Source: Octopus vulgaris
Taxonomy: Eukaryota
DNA length: 64,000 bases
Assembly: GCA_951406725.2 (NCBI GenBank)
Contig: OX597821.1
Span: 38,998,001 to 39,062,000, forward strand
Direction of reading: 5' to 3'
Made by a program: the position numbers and the translations under genes. Shown in pieces: positions 51,251 to 63,860 of this stretch. Below the pieces are notes generated by a model. That model was not told the DNA's origin, ran no database searches, and worked only from the letters and a program-made list of their open reading frames with translations. The stretch's first letter is position 1. The number at the start of each line of letters is the position of its first letter.

Positions 51251-54156
51251 AGTTGACCTGACCACGAATCATTTTCTTACTACTGACCAATAGACATTAA
51301 ACAACTCCTTAATAGATACATCTAGACTGTTGGAGTCACACCCTCCTGTCTTGTTAGAAGTATAACTAACTGGGTCACTGGAGTCAATTATCCTATAAAC
51401 TCTACTAACCCCTAAATTTCTCTGTCCTCGTCAAATAAACCTTATTTTGGAAAATCCATTCTGCTAACTGAAATAGTCGGAGAATCACTGTAAATGTTCC
51501 TGCTCCATGGATTTTAAACTATGTTAAGTCGTTCCGAATGTCCGTTATTTTGAAGTTCAGGAATTCATCAGATGAAAACAGTGTCTTTACAATAATGTAA
51601 ATGTTTTCATTAATCAATTAAAGGAGTCGTTAGAAATGGCCATAATGGATTGACACCCGTACCTCTACTGTTACTCATTTATATTTTATAAATCAATATA
51701 TATATATATGCTCGTATGTAAACAGTATTTCTTAGTCTAAACTGTCAGATGAATGGGAACGTGAAACTCTGAACAGGCTAGAATGTATGTATATGAATGC
51801 ATGCATGTCTGTATATCTGTGCGTGTGTGTGTGTGTGTGTGATCATTTACCCAGTGTACCCTGCAGTTAGCTCAAACCCAGATCCACTTTGTTACAAACA
51901 GAACATTTAATACATTGTCCCTCGTCATTTGTATATACCCTGTAGTTTGTTGTAGCCATTGTAGCCACCTTCAAATATGATAATATCATTTGTTGGCTTA
52001 CTTTAAAGTAGCTTTTCTATGCCTACATAGTAAGGAGTACATTGGTATGCTGAAGTCCTTCCAACTTTTACATATCTCCATATCCATTGCTGACATTGTT
52101 ATGGAAGCTTTTAGGAACAGCTAAAAGCTTCCATCTAAAAGAATGTCATTTAGGAACAACACCTACCATTATAGTAATAACATATAAATTACTTCTCATC
52201 TCAAGAATAAAAATCTATTGCTATTAAGCATGACTAGCAAACAATACAATGTATAAATAAACTCTCTCACTCTTGCAACCGTTGTTAATGAGAAAGTTAC
52301 TCTGCTTTCCACATGACATTCTTATCCATTCACAAACACTAGATGGACTTCATACAAGAATTGCTACTTTACAACAACAGTAAAAGAGTATTACTGCATT
52401 TAGCATTAGACTTGATCAACTACAACTATGCAATACTGTAAGGAATGGTTTTGAAGTCAAGACACCAGCTTGCATTTCAAATGATTTATTCTTGAGATGA
52501 GTGCCTCTGCTAATAATCTGATTACATCCTGGTTCTTGTTTCAGGCAAGTGTATCAGTCTGGAAATAGCTAATAAATGAATTTATCTTGTAAAAATTAGC
52601 TCTTAGCGGTTTAGCACCAATAATTTATAGTATCATGTTTATTCCTAACACTAAAATATAAAGAACTTCTCCAAACTATTTCCAAAACTCAATTTAGAAA
52701 TTGAATATATTATAGTCATTGAATCAAGTGAAAAGAGTTGAGATTGCTAAATTGGTTCCACACCATAAAATTTTGGATCAAATAAATGATGTCGGCAATG
52801 TAAATTTCGTATATTGCTGATATATTGCAGTTCATTGTGATTTTACTTAATTTAGAAGTAAAAAGACAGTAAGTAAAAAAAGATATATATATATACACTA
52901 ACAAAATGACATAAAAAATATAAAATATTTGATTAGAACCTGTTATGACATTTGTAATTATTTCAAACATTTCTGCTAATAAAATATCATTTCCAACAAG
53001 TAATCAGCCATACATCTTGTTTTGTCGAGATGATGGTATTTTATTATCATCTTACTTCTACTTGGATATAATACATAGAGTCACATACAAAGAAAAAAAC
53101 TTGTCTAAATTGCATATTAGTCAATATAGGGTGCTAAACAGAAAAGCAAAATGAAAAAGAAACAAAAACAATAAAACGGAAACATATCATTCAATAAATC
53201 AGACTGCTAATTTCATTAAGAATTGATGTTTATTATAAGGTTTTCCTTTCAAAATTGAAATCTGGAGAAATTTAAACAAAGCAAAAAAAAAGAAAGAAAG
53301 AAAGAAAGAAAAGAAAAGAAAAATCAACAATGTTAAAATAAGCAAGTTCCACCTCCTCAAACTATGTAATAACACATCTATCAACCATAATTTCTGCCAA
53401 ATAAGAATATAGAAGGATATCATTTTCATAGATATGTTAAAGTGGGGTTTTTTTCCCTTCTTTCTTTTTAATGTTTTGAAGAGGTTAGGGTAACACAGCT
53501 CTAAGACCTTGTTGGTGCTCCATGTTTTGATTTCCAACAGAAACAGCTATATAAAGTCTTTTGTACATTTGAAGTCAGAAATCAAAACCCTGAATTCTAA
53601 GTTTAGATTGAGTGTTGCAGATTTCCAGTGGGGCAGTAGAGCATGTCTTAAGGAATGTCATAAAAGAAGACGTTGGATGTTGGAGTTACTGATACCTTCA
53701 TTGAAAACATCTTTTTATTGTCTTTTATTATCTATTATCATTCCTCGGTGGAGGTGCTTGTGTCAAATCTTTAAGGAATAACCACTCTCAAATAATCTAG
53801 TTATGTTCTGAGAACCTAGGTAAGTGATTTTATTGGATGCTGTCTGAACAGCCAAATGATCAGATGGTCTGAATTCATTTCTCATTGGCATTGCACTGTG
53901 CTTGTGGTTTTACTCACAAACGTCTCAGTCTACTAAGCAGTAAATGGGTACCATATAGAGATGGAACAATCCACCATTGTAAACAATATCACCTGAAGAA
54001 TGTTAGCTTGTAGTTCAACTCCAATTGTTAGAGAAACTTATGAAGGAATAGGCCACACTACTTTGTCTTGAATGCCATACAAGAGAACCTAGTTTAATCC
54101 TATTGGTTAAGGGGTCCAGCAATCTGCCATGGTCATTTCTGTTCATTTCCTTAGAG

Positions 54157-54535
54157 CAGTGTTTCTCCACCAGGGTTCCACAAAAAGTTCCTAGGGGTTC
54201 CATGAGAAAGAGTGAAATAAGCTATTACTAATTTCATGATGGTAATATTATTATACATGCCCAACATATTATTGGTTTTTGTAATATAGACATCATCCTG
54301 TCTAACCTATTAGGTTATCAAAAAAATATAACAACCATTGGGGATATATTTAGTGATGTCTGTCTGTAATTTATGGATACCCTATATATATATACATACA
54401 TACATACACATATATATATATATATTGATAGAAATGGTTAAACAACAGAAGAAAGAAAAAGACCTTGATATTATGTAAATAGAGGAATTTGTAAATGTAA
54501 TATGTGGCAATTTAATTGTCACATATTACATTTAC

Positions 54536-54573
<38 letters not shown>

Positions 54574-54686
54574 GATGGAAAAAATATGAGAAAGATATGG
54601 TATATAATTTTTTTTGTGCAGGGGTTCCTTGTGACATATAATTTATTCTAAAGGTTACACAAAGGTGAAAAGGTTGAGAAACACTG
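54157..54686. mobile_element. hAT Buster/Charlie-type MITE with 8-bp TSD
   Basis: TIRs CAGTGTTTCTCCACC / GGTTGAGAAACACTG, subterminal GGGTTCC motifs, TSD CCTTAGAG (central TA) at 54149-54156 and 54687-54694. Confidence 0.92.
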
Positions 54687-54995
54687 CCTTAGAGTCTCAC
54701 ATGTGATATAACAAAATAAGTGGGGTTTCTCAAGCTTTAAACGTTACAAGAATATTGACATCTCTGTATTTATTTTGGTCAAAATTAGATAACCTCTTTA
54801 GGGCAAGTTCATTTGGTGCTAACATTAGGATGAAATGAAATTTTAGTAAAAATAAAAAAAAACATTTTGGTGTAGATTTAATGCAAAAACAGAAGGGAAC
54901 AAGGATGAGTTGTTTCCCATGAATTAGTGTTAAAGGTCAAGCTATGTAAAAACAGGAAATAAAAACCCATAGGTCTGAAAGATGTTAACAATAAT

Positions 54996-55455
54996 GGTTT
55001 CAAGTTATGGTTCAAGGCCAGCAATTTCGGAGGGGAGAGGCTAAGTTGATTACATAGACCCCTCCCCCAATGTTCAACTTATTTTATTGACTCTGAAAGG
55101 ATGACAGGCAAAACTGAGCCTGATAGAATTTGAACTCAGAATCTGACGATTGATGATATGCTGCTAAGCATTTTGCCAGGTAAGCCAACGATTCTACCAA
55201 CTCGACACCTTGAAGGTGGTAACGATAATAATAATGGCATGAGATGGCAAGCTGGCAGAATGCTTGTCATGCTGGGCAAAATGCTTAGTGGCATTTCTTC
55301 TGACTTTACGTTCTGAGTTCAAATACTGCTGGGGTCGACTTAACCTTTCATTTCTCTGGGTCAATAAAATAAGTACCACCTGTGCTCTGGGGTTGATGTA
55401 ATCGACTTACCCCCACTCTCTCAGGCACTGGCCTTGTGCCAAAATATGAAATCAA
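54996..55455. mobile_element. Head-to-head pair of family A SINEs
   Basis: About 54996-55212 minus and 55241-55455 plus. Confidence 0.75.
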
Positions 55456-56261
55456 TAATAATAATAGCAATGGTCATGATAAAAGAACTGCTATTAATTG
55501 TTGTTAATAGCAATGAGGGGTGATATCATTAGTAAAAGGGATAAAAATCTTGGTGGTGGTACTGAGAATTCATCCTCATCATTTAATGTCTACTTTCCAA
55601 GCTGGCATAGGTTGGACAGTTAGGCAGAAGCTGACAGAGGACTGCATGAAGCTAATTTTGGAAATTCTATAATATTGCCCAAATACTCGATTATCTCAAA
55701 AAATAAATTTATTAATTTTAGGGAAGCAATTTTTAAAGCTAGAATTATTGATGAGGCTTAACATTTCCAACAATTCTTTCATTTATTCCCTGTTTAAAAT
55801 ACGAATGCTTCTGCATTTTGCTACACACACACAGCAACACAATAATATGGCAAGTCTGTATAAGGGGGAAACTTAAATGAATATATATGTATGATATTGA
55901 ATATTTGCGAAACAGTTGCAAAGTTGTAAAAGCAAAAATATTGAATTTTCATTAAAGCAAACAATTTTATGCCCTCCATGTGTAGCCATGTATGTAGCAA
56001 AATATAGGAGTGTTTATATATTAAACAAAGGGTAAATTAAGGAATTATCGATAATGATAAATATCATCAATAATTCTTTAATTTAGCCTTTATTTATAAA
56101 CATAATGGTAGAAGTTTGGGTGTAATCAGGTTAGGAGAAAGAAGAGAGAAACATATGGAAAAATATACCATACACTCACATGCATTCTATCTCACTAAGA
56201 CACACACATGCACGTGTGCACACACACATGCACACATGCATGTATATATACACATATATAT

Positions 56262-56708
56262 GTTGAAATTGAACCAAATTCGATGACTGGCAATAGTGCC
56301 AGTGGAGCGCTAACAGCTCCATCTGAGTGGGATCACTGCCAGAGCGGCTGTCTGGCTTCTGTGCCAGTGGCACGTAAAAAGCACCATTTGAATGTGATCG
56401 TTACCAGCGTCGCCTTACTGGCACTTGAAAAAAAGATTCGAGTGAGGTCATTGCCTGTGCCATTGGACTGACTCCTATGCAGGTGGCATGCAAAAAACAC
56501 CATTTCGAGCGTGGCCGTTGCCAGTACCGGTGGCACGTAAAAACACCCAAACACTCTCGGAGTGGTTGGCATTAGAAAGGGCATCCAGCTGTAGAAACTC
56601 TGCCAGATCAGATTGGAGCTTGGAACAGCCATCTGGTTCACCAGTCCTCAGTCAAATCGTCCAACCCATGCTAGCAAGGAAAGTGGACGTTAAATGATGA
56701 TGATGATG
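56262..56708 (+). mobile_element. RTE 3' UTR copy with (GAT)n tail
   Basis: Aligns by eye with 11140-11603. Confidence 0.85.
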
Positions 56709-56734
56709 TGTATGTGTAAGTATATATATATATA

Positions 56735-57045
56735 TCACCTTGACCGACCAGTCCGTCAGGCGTCCATTTGACACCGCTGGTCACAGCACACTGTCCACTC
56801 CTCTCTGGATTGTGCCTTTCTCATCCACGTGATCCCAATCGTCCTCCTGAAATCGTAACTCCACCGTCGTGGAGGTCTTCCGGGTGTTTTTTTCCGCTCA
56901 AGTGGGTACCACTCAACAACTGCGTGGGTCTACCGATTATCAGTGAGCCGGGCAACGTGTCCAGCCCATCTATACTTGGTGTGTGTATACTCTGTATATA
57001 TATACTCTGCGAAGTCCGGCGTGAGAGATGTCATCGCAGTGTATA
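56735..57045 (-). mobile_element. RTE-clade 3' fragment with short 5' inversion, in (TA)n
   Basis: Minus KYRWAGHVARLTDNR...WYP...GRPPRRW; plus AKSGVRDVIA at about 57008-57040 is the upstream segment, inverted. Confidence 0.75.
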
Positions 57046-57186
57046 TATATATATTATATATATATATATATATATAAACGAGTGTCACCTTAGTCTGCTG
57101 GCCGTGGACAGCTGACACTTTCTATCATACCCTGCATAATAAGCTCAGAAATTTCATCAAATAATAATAATAATATAATAACAATA

Positions 57187-58054
57187 ATCCTTTCTACTAC
57201 AGGTGCAGGGCTTGAAATTTGGAGGAAGGGGGCCAGTTGATTACGTTGACGCCAATACATAACTGGTACTTATTTCATCAAGAATGAAAAGCTGAACTTT
57301 AAAGTTTACTTTAGCAAAATTTGAACTTCGAACATGAAACTGGAAAAATACTGTAAAAGCATTTTCCCTGGTTCTGTCTATTTGTTGCCTTGATGATGAT
57401 GATGATGATGATTCTTTCTACTGGAAGCATAAGGCCTCAAATTTGGGGGAAGGGAATAAATCGATTACATTGACCCCAGTGCATAACGGGTACTTATTTG
57501 ATTGATCCCGAAAGGATGAAAAACAAAGTCGACCTCAGCAGTATTTGAACTCAGATGAAATACCGCTAAGCATTTTGCCCAGTATGGTAATGATTCTGCC
57601 AGCTTGCCGCCTTAATAATAATAATAATTTCAAATTCTGGTACAAAGCCAGAAGTTTAGGAGAAAGGGGTAAGATAATTACATGGATCCCCATGTTCAAC
57701 TGGTACACATTTTATCAACCCTGGAAAGATGAGAGACTATTGACTCCAGTGGAATTTGAACTCAGAATGCAAAGGTGGACGAAATGTTGCTAAGCATTCT
57801 GCCAGCTTACTGCCTTGATGATGATGATGATGATAATAATACTTTCTACATAAGGCACAAGGCTTGAAATTTTGGGGGAGAGGACTAGTCAATAACATCA
57901 ACCCCAATGTTTCAGTGGTACTTAATTTATTGGCCCTGAAAGGATGAAAGGCAAAGTCAACCTTGGTGGAATTTGAACTCAGAATATAAAGACTAACAAA
58001 ATGCTGCTAACCATTTTACCTGGCATGCTAACGATTCTGCCAGCTCACCACCTT
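57187..58054 (-). mobile_element. Array of four tandem family A SINEs
   Basis: About 57187-57391, 57411-57614, 57627-57816, 57841-58054, same orientation, separated by (GAT)/(AAT) repeats. Confidence 0.85.
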
Positions 58055-58911
58055 AATAATAATAATAATAGCAATAAATCCAGTAGACCATACTGCATAA
58101 CCTTCCATGATTTAGTTGTATTTTTAACCTCACTGTATACTACTTACACTTTTACGCATTTTATTTGTCATGAAAGTAACTCTAAAAGATACAATTATTT
58201 GATTGAACTGAAAACTGAAATTGTAACTAACATAGTTTGTGGAATGAACCAGAAAAAAATAAAAGAGAAAAGAGTACAAAAGGGAAAGTAGGAAGAGAGG
58301 GATGGCGGCAGGGCAGTATAAATCTAAAATTTGATAAAGGCATTGGTCTTGAGTCAACAACCATCAATAGTTTTATAAGTAAATTTCATTTGAGAATCTC
58401 TTAGATTAGTTGCTATTAGACCAAGCAGAAAATATCTTGTAGTTAGTGAATATGTAAATTTTATTGACAAAGAGATGATAAAAATTTGCATAATCGCAAA
58501 CAATGGTGTTACTTTATTGTTATGTCTCAGAAGACAATTATTTACATTTTCTAAGCACTGCACTCATTTCTAAACAAAGCACAATTGAATAATACACAGC
58601 AACAAAAAAAAAAAGAAGAAAAAAAGCACAAATAAAAATCAAATGAAGTATTTGAATGTATATACATGTGTGTATGTTTAGGATGTTGAGGTAGAAAGAT
58701 AGACAGAGAGAGAGAGAGATGACTGTATGTATATTTATATGTATATATGGACATTCATGCATATGTATATGTATAAATGCTTATGTAATTGCAGGCACAC
58801 ACGTATGCATATATATATATATGTACATACATACAGGTATGTACAGTCACACAAGTTACACAAAAATACACACATGCATACTTACATACATACATACACA
58901 CACACATATAA

Positions 58912-59305
58912 CATTATCATCATCATTGTTTAATGTCTGCTCTCCATAATTGCATGCATGCGTTAGATAGTTTGACTGGAGATGATGAGCTGGAGAGCTG
59001 CACCATGTTCCAGTTTGATTTGGCATGGTTTCTACGGCTGGATGCCCTTCCCAATACCAACTACTCAAGGAGTGTAATGGATGCTTTTACATGCCACCGG
59101 CATGGTTGCCTTTTACATGACACCTGCAATGACCATGACTACAGTTCATGAGTGGATGCCATTTACATGGTACCGGCAGTGATCCTGACAATTCATGGGT
59201 GCCATTTGCACGGTACTGGCAATGACCACAATTCATGGGTGCCATGACATTTACATGACACTAGCAACAACCATGCCTTATGGGCACAGTGTCATATGAC
59301 ACCAG
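58912..59305 (-). mobile_element. RTE 3' UTR relic with degenerate about 40-bp subrepeats
   Basis: TTTCTACGGCTGGATGCCCTTCC terminus block and repeated GGGTGCCATTTACATG...GGCARTGA units. Confidence 0.65.
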
Positions 59306-59583
59306 CATATGTATATATATGCATGCATGCACACACACATATGCACATGCTTACAAACACACACACACATATACATATGACATATACATACATATACATA
59401 TATATATATGTATGTATGTGTATATATATATTCTACCAAATATATACGTTTTATTTATTATTTTGCACATTACTTAATCATCGTTATATTTTTTATCTTA
59501 TATTTAATCTTTCTATTATATGTAATTTTCTAGATGGTGTAATTTAATTTTTCATTTTGAATTGATGAAAGGTGTTTTCCTTC

Positions 59584-59618
<35 letters not shown>

Positions 59619-59816
59619 GAGAGGTAATGGTGTCAATAAGACCCAAAGGTGTCAGGAGATGCTGAATAAGTGCTATACTTAAGCTCCAGATTTGGTGATT
59701 ATGTGAATGAGGAGTCTAACATAGGTCATATATCAGCATGTGTATATATAAACATTTTCAGAATGAGATAAAAATCCAAGGCTGTGAAAGATTTTAGAAC
59801 ATTTGTAAATAGAAGG

Positions 59817-59862
59817 TCTTACAGCTGTTTCCGGGATATTTTATATATGCCTTCATCGGAGA
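59817..59862 (-). ncRNA. Minimal hammerhead motif (U4 mutated)
   Basis: Minus: TCT-CcGATGA-A-GGcATAT...ATATCC..-GAAA-CAGCTG-TA-AGA; palindromic stem III ACAGCTGT. Confidence 0.55.
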
Positions 59863-60029
59863 TGGTGTGAGAACACTGTACGTATATTTATATGTATATA
59901 TGGACATTCTTATATATGGAATGCTGGCAAGTTATTTTTTAAACATAACTTGCCAGTGTTCCCCTTCATCATATACATGATAATCACATTCAGTTAAAAT
60001 GGCTTATTGATGTGTTTTGCTTCTCTTTT

Positions 60030-60101
60030 TTTCCCTGATGAGATGATTGCATTGTTTTATATAATTTTATTTTATGCTTTTTTCGAAACATATGTCGGAA
60101 G
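60030..60101 (+). ncRNA. Type I hammerhead ribozyme motif, complete core, GUC site
   Basis: TTCC-CTGATGA-GA...GCAT...ATGC...TC-GAAA-CATATG-TC-GGAA; stem I TTCC/GGAA, palindromic stem III ACATATGT; predicted cut after 60096. Confidence 0.75.
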
Positions 60102-60314
60102 TATAAAGATTTGAATAACACCTGCATTTGACTCCATTTCTTAATTTATCTATGTTATTCAAAAGCATTTCAATTAACCTTTATAAGTAGGCTGTAATAT
60201 CCTTGGCACTTATGTGAATTCTTGCCACTTAGGTAACTATTTATTTTTTCCGTTATTTGTACACACGAAAAAATACATATACATTTATATATATATATAT
60301 ATATATACATATAT

Positions 60315-60345
<31 letters not shown>

Positions 60346-61021
60346 ATCTGCACTTCATGTTTGAGCCTCTTATGAAACTGAGTTGTTACTTAGGCATTCA
60401 ACTATGAGTCCACTGCATCTTATAGAGGAAACAACTGTAAGCTAAGGAAGTTCACAAGATAATCATTTATTCCATTATCATCTCTTTTCTGCTTCATTCA
60501 GAAGAATACACTGAGTTCTACACCAAATTTTTAGTATTGCAACGCCTAAGCAAAATATGTATATCTATCTATCTGTCTGTTTATTTACATTTATATTTAT
60601 ATAATGGGTAAAATTCACAGAATTGTATGGAATACAAATTTTGCTCATTGTAGGATAATTCACTGAAAGTGCACAAAGATTCAACAGGGAGTTGGTGCTA
60701 TGATGTTATGTCTGTAATTAAAATAAATAAACAGGAACAATAGACCTGAAGCGTATGACATGAATAAAAAAATGAAGTATTTGTTACAAGCTAATTCACA
60801 GGACACTAAGATGTTTCAGTAACTATTCATCTCATAAGCCAGTGTTGTAAGCTTTTTCTAGTTACAGTCATTTAGTTACATCCATATATGTCCACCACCT
60901 TCAAATGTTTAATTATAACTGTGAAATTAATGATCACTCTCTGACTGGTCATAACCAATAAAGTTTTAAATTTATCAACAACTGACCAATGTGTGTATGT
61001 ATGTATATATATATATACGGC

Positions 61022-61096
61022 AAATAAGAGAAAATGGAGAGGATACAAAACAACATAAGTTTCGGGTTTTTGTATCCTCTCCATTTTCTCTTATTT
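61022..61096. repeat. Perfect 29-bp inverted repeat with 17-nt loop
   Basis: AAATAAGAGAAAATGGAGAGGATACAAAA (61022-61050) and its exact complement (61068-61096). Confidence 0.95.
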
Positions 61097-61349
61097 ATCA
61101 TATAAATTAAGGGTAAACCACTTTTTACCCCTGCCATATATGACTCTCAATTGCAAATTTGCCACGCAGTAACCAGCATTTGGGTATGAATAATTGGGTA
61201 CAGTATATTGGATAGGAACTATCCCTTAGTTGGTTGGCTTCCCAACCTCTAACTCTCAAAAAGATATATCTATATATATATGCACAGACATACAGACACG
61301 CACACATATATATATGTATGAGTACACCCCACCACATATATAATATAGA

Positions 61350-61980
61350 GGCACAGACATGGTTTTGTGCATTGAAGTTTGCTTCCTAAACACATGGCTC
61401 TGATTTCCACTGCATGGTATCTTGGAAAAGTGTCTTCTGCTATAGCCTTGGGCTGAGTGGATTTGGTAGGTAGAACCTGAAGAAAGAGTGTTGTTTGTAT
61501 ATCTGCATGTGTATATATATCTATGTTGGTCAATGCCAGCTCTTCTGGCCACTGTGCCAGTGGAACATAAAAAACACTCACTACACTCTCAGAGTGGCTG
61601 GCATTAGGAAGGGCATCAAGCTGTAGAAACACTGCCAGATCAGATTGGGGCTTGGTACAGCCTCCTGGCTTCCAAGACCCCAGTCAAACTGTCCAACCCT
61701 TGCCAGCATGGAAAACGGATGTTAAACGATGATGATGATGATGATGTTTGTGTGTCTGTGGGTCTGTGTTTGTCTCGTACTACTGCTTGATAAAGGGGGT
61801 GTTGATTTGTCTATGTCCCCATAACTTAGTAGTTTGACAAAAGAGATTAATAGAATAAATTTCAGGCTTCAAATAAAATATAGGCACAAGGATCAGATTC
61901 ATTTGACTCAAGATTATTCAAAGCAGGGCCTCTGCATGGATGCAGACTAATGCTTGAAACAAGTAAAAGATAAAAGATTA
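61350..61980 (+). mobile_element. Family B SINE interrupted by an RTE 3' end
   Basis: SINE head about 61350-61500, RTE terminus about 61530-61745 with (GAT)n, SINE tail about 61760-61980. Confidence 0.65.
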
Positions 61981-62195
61981 AAGTGTAATATTTTTATTTT
62001 GGTTTTGCTATTCTGTGTTTCAGGTACCCAGGTGTGGGTGGAAAAAGACTGACTTGATTAAAATAAAAATATTATTAATCTCCACTATGGCATCTAATAT
62101 TGTTTCTTCCAACAGTCAGCACTATATATATTCCTACACATACACCTGCATACACACATATATACCCATATATATACCCATGTATATATACACTC

Positions 62196-62228
<33 letters not shown>

Positions 62229-62724
62229 TATACCTATATATACATGATCATAGATATATGTGTGAGCATGTGCATATGTATATGCATGTATGTATGTATG
62301 CACACAGTATGCAAAAATATTTACATGTGTATATATTCATTATTCATATCTAAATATATACCCAAGTAGAAGTCTCTTTATTATGTATTTATGCGAGTAT
62401 GAACATATTAAAAGAAATAAAAATAATACCACAAACACACAAAACAAACAAATTCTGCAAGGTAAGTGGTATTTTGTTGAGTTCAGCGAAAATGTTCTCA
62501 CAAATCATAACTAGAGAAATAAAATTTTCAGACAAAAGCTGTAAATTTCCATAGCGTATATGACAGATAACCATAAAGAAGCTAGTTACACCCATTCCAG
62601 TAAATGTGGTTCTCTGGGAGAGAAATATTATGCCTCGGAAAGATGTTAATGAAAGATCTCTGGGCAATATTTTGCTACAGTTATTACTGTTCTATTCTTA
62701 TATATACATGTGTATGTATGTATG

Positions 62725-62796
<72 letters not shown>

Positions 62797-63536
62797 TGTG
62801 CACAATTCTATACAGAGAATACTTGATTCTCATCTATGAATTATATATATATATATATATATATGAATTATATATATATATATACACACATGCATACACA
62901 CACACATATATACATGTATATATACACACACATACATCTGTATGTGTGTTTGCATTTATGTCTGTCTCTTTTTTTTAAATAACTTTGAAATGTTGAAGGA
63001 GGTTACATAAGATTGAAATCAATAACGCTAATGTATGATATTTATTATTATCGGTAATTGATTGATTATTAAAATGTTGTTTTTCATTTTGATTTTCAAA
63101 TGAGGAAAGAAATCATTGATGGAAATTTGAAATGCAAACATTTATGGCTGCTGAGTTCGACTGGGTTATTCTACCCAAAGAAAGATACTTATGTGACTAT
63201 TCCTCTAAATATATAGAATTATCTTTTAAAACAGAATGAAATCATTGAAATCATAATAGTTTTTTTTTATGCCAGAAGAAAATGGGATGTTGCAATCTTC
63301 AGACCATTTTTTTTTTTTTTTGAAGGGCTTTAATCTAAGTTCTATGATGTTGTATTCAATCAGAAATGACTGAAAAGAAATCACCATGAAAAGCTATAAA
63401 ATGTAAGCTTATCTCTTGCTTAGCAGTATTTACCAGACATTATATCATTGACTACTCACACTTTATAATATTTAAATTTATTTCAGCATTTCTGATTCAT
63501 GTTGCATTATGACTAAACTGTATATTGGTTACTTGT

Positions 63537-63860
63537 GAAGGTGCATAGTTTAGTGGTTAGGGCGTTTGGCTCGTGATTGTAAGGTCATAAGTTCAATACC
63601 CAGGGACATGTGTCTTTGAGCAAGACACTTTATTTCATCTGGCTCTAGTCCACTCAGCTGGCAAAAATGAGTTGTACCTGTAATTTCGAAGGGGGGGGGG
63701 CAGCCTTGTCATGTTCTGTGTCATGCTGAATCTCCCTGAGAACTGAATTAATGGCATGCATGTCTGTGGAGTTCTCAACCACTTGTATGTTAATTGCATG
63801 AGCATGCTTTTCTATTGATCAACTGGAACCCTCGTGATTGTAATCAGTGGACTGCCAGTT
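63537..63860 (+). mobile_element. tRNA-derived SINE, family C
   Basis: A/B-box-like head (TAGTTTAGTGG, AGTTCAATACC), GTCCACTCAGCTGGCAAAAATGAGT block; homologous to 2511-2788. Confidence 0.75.
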
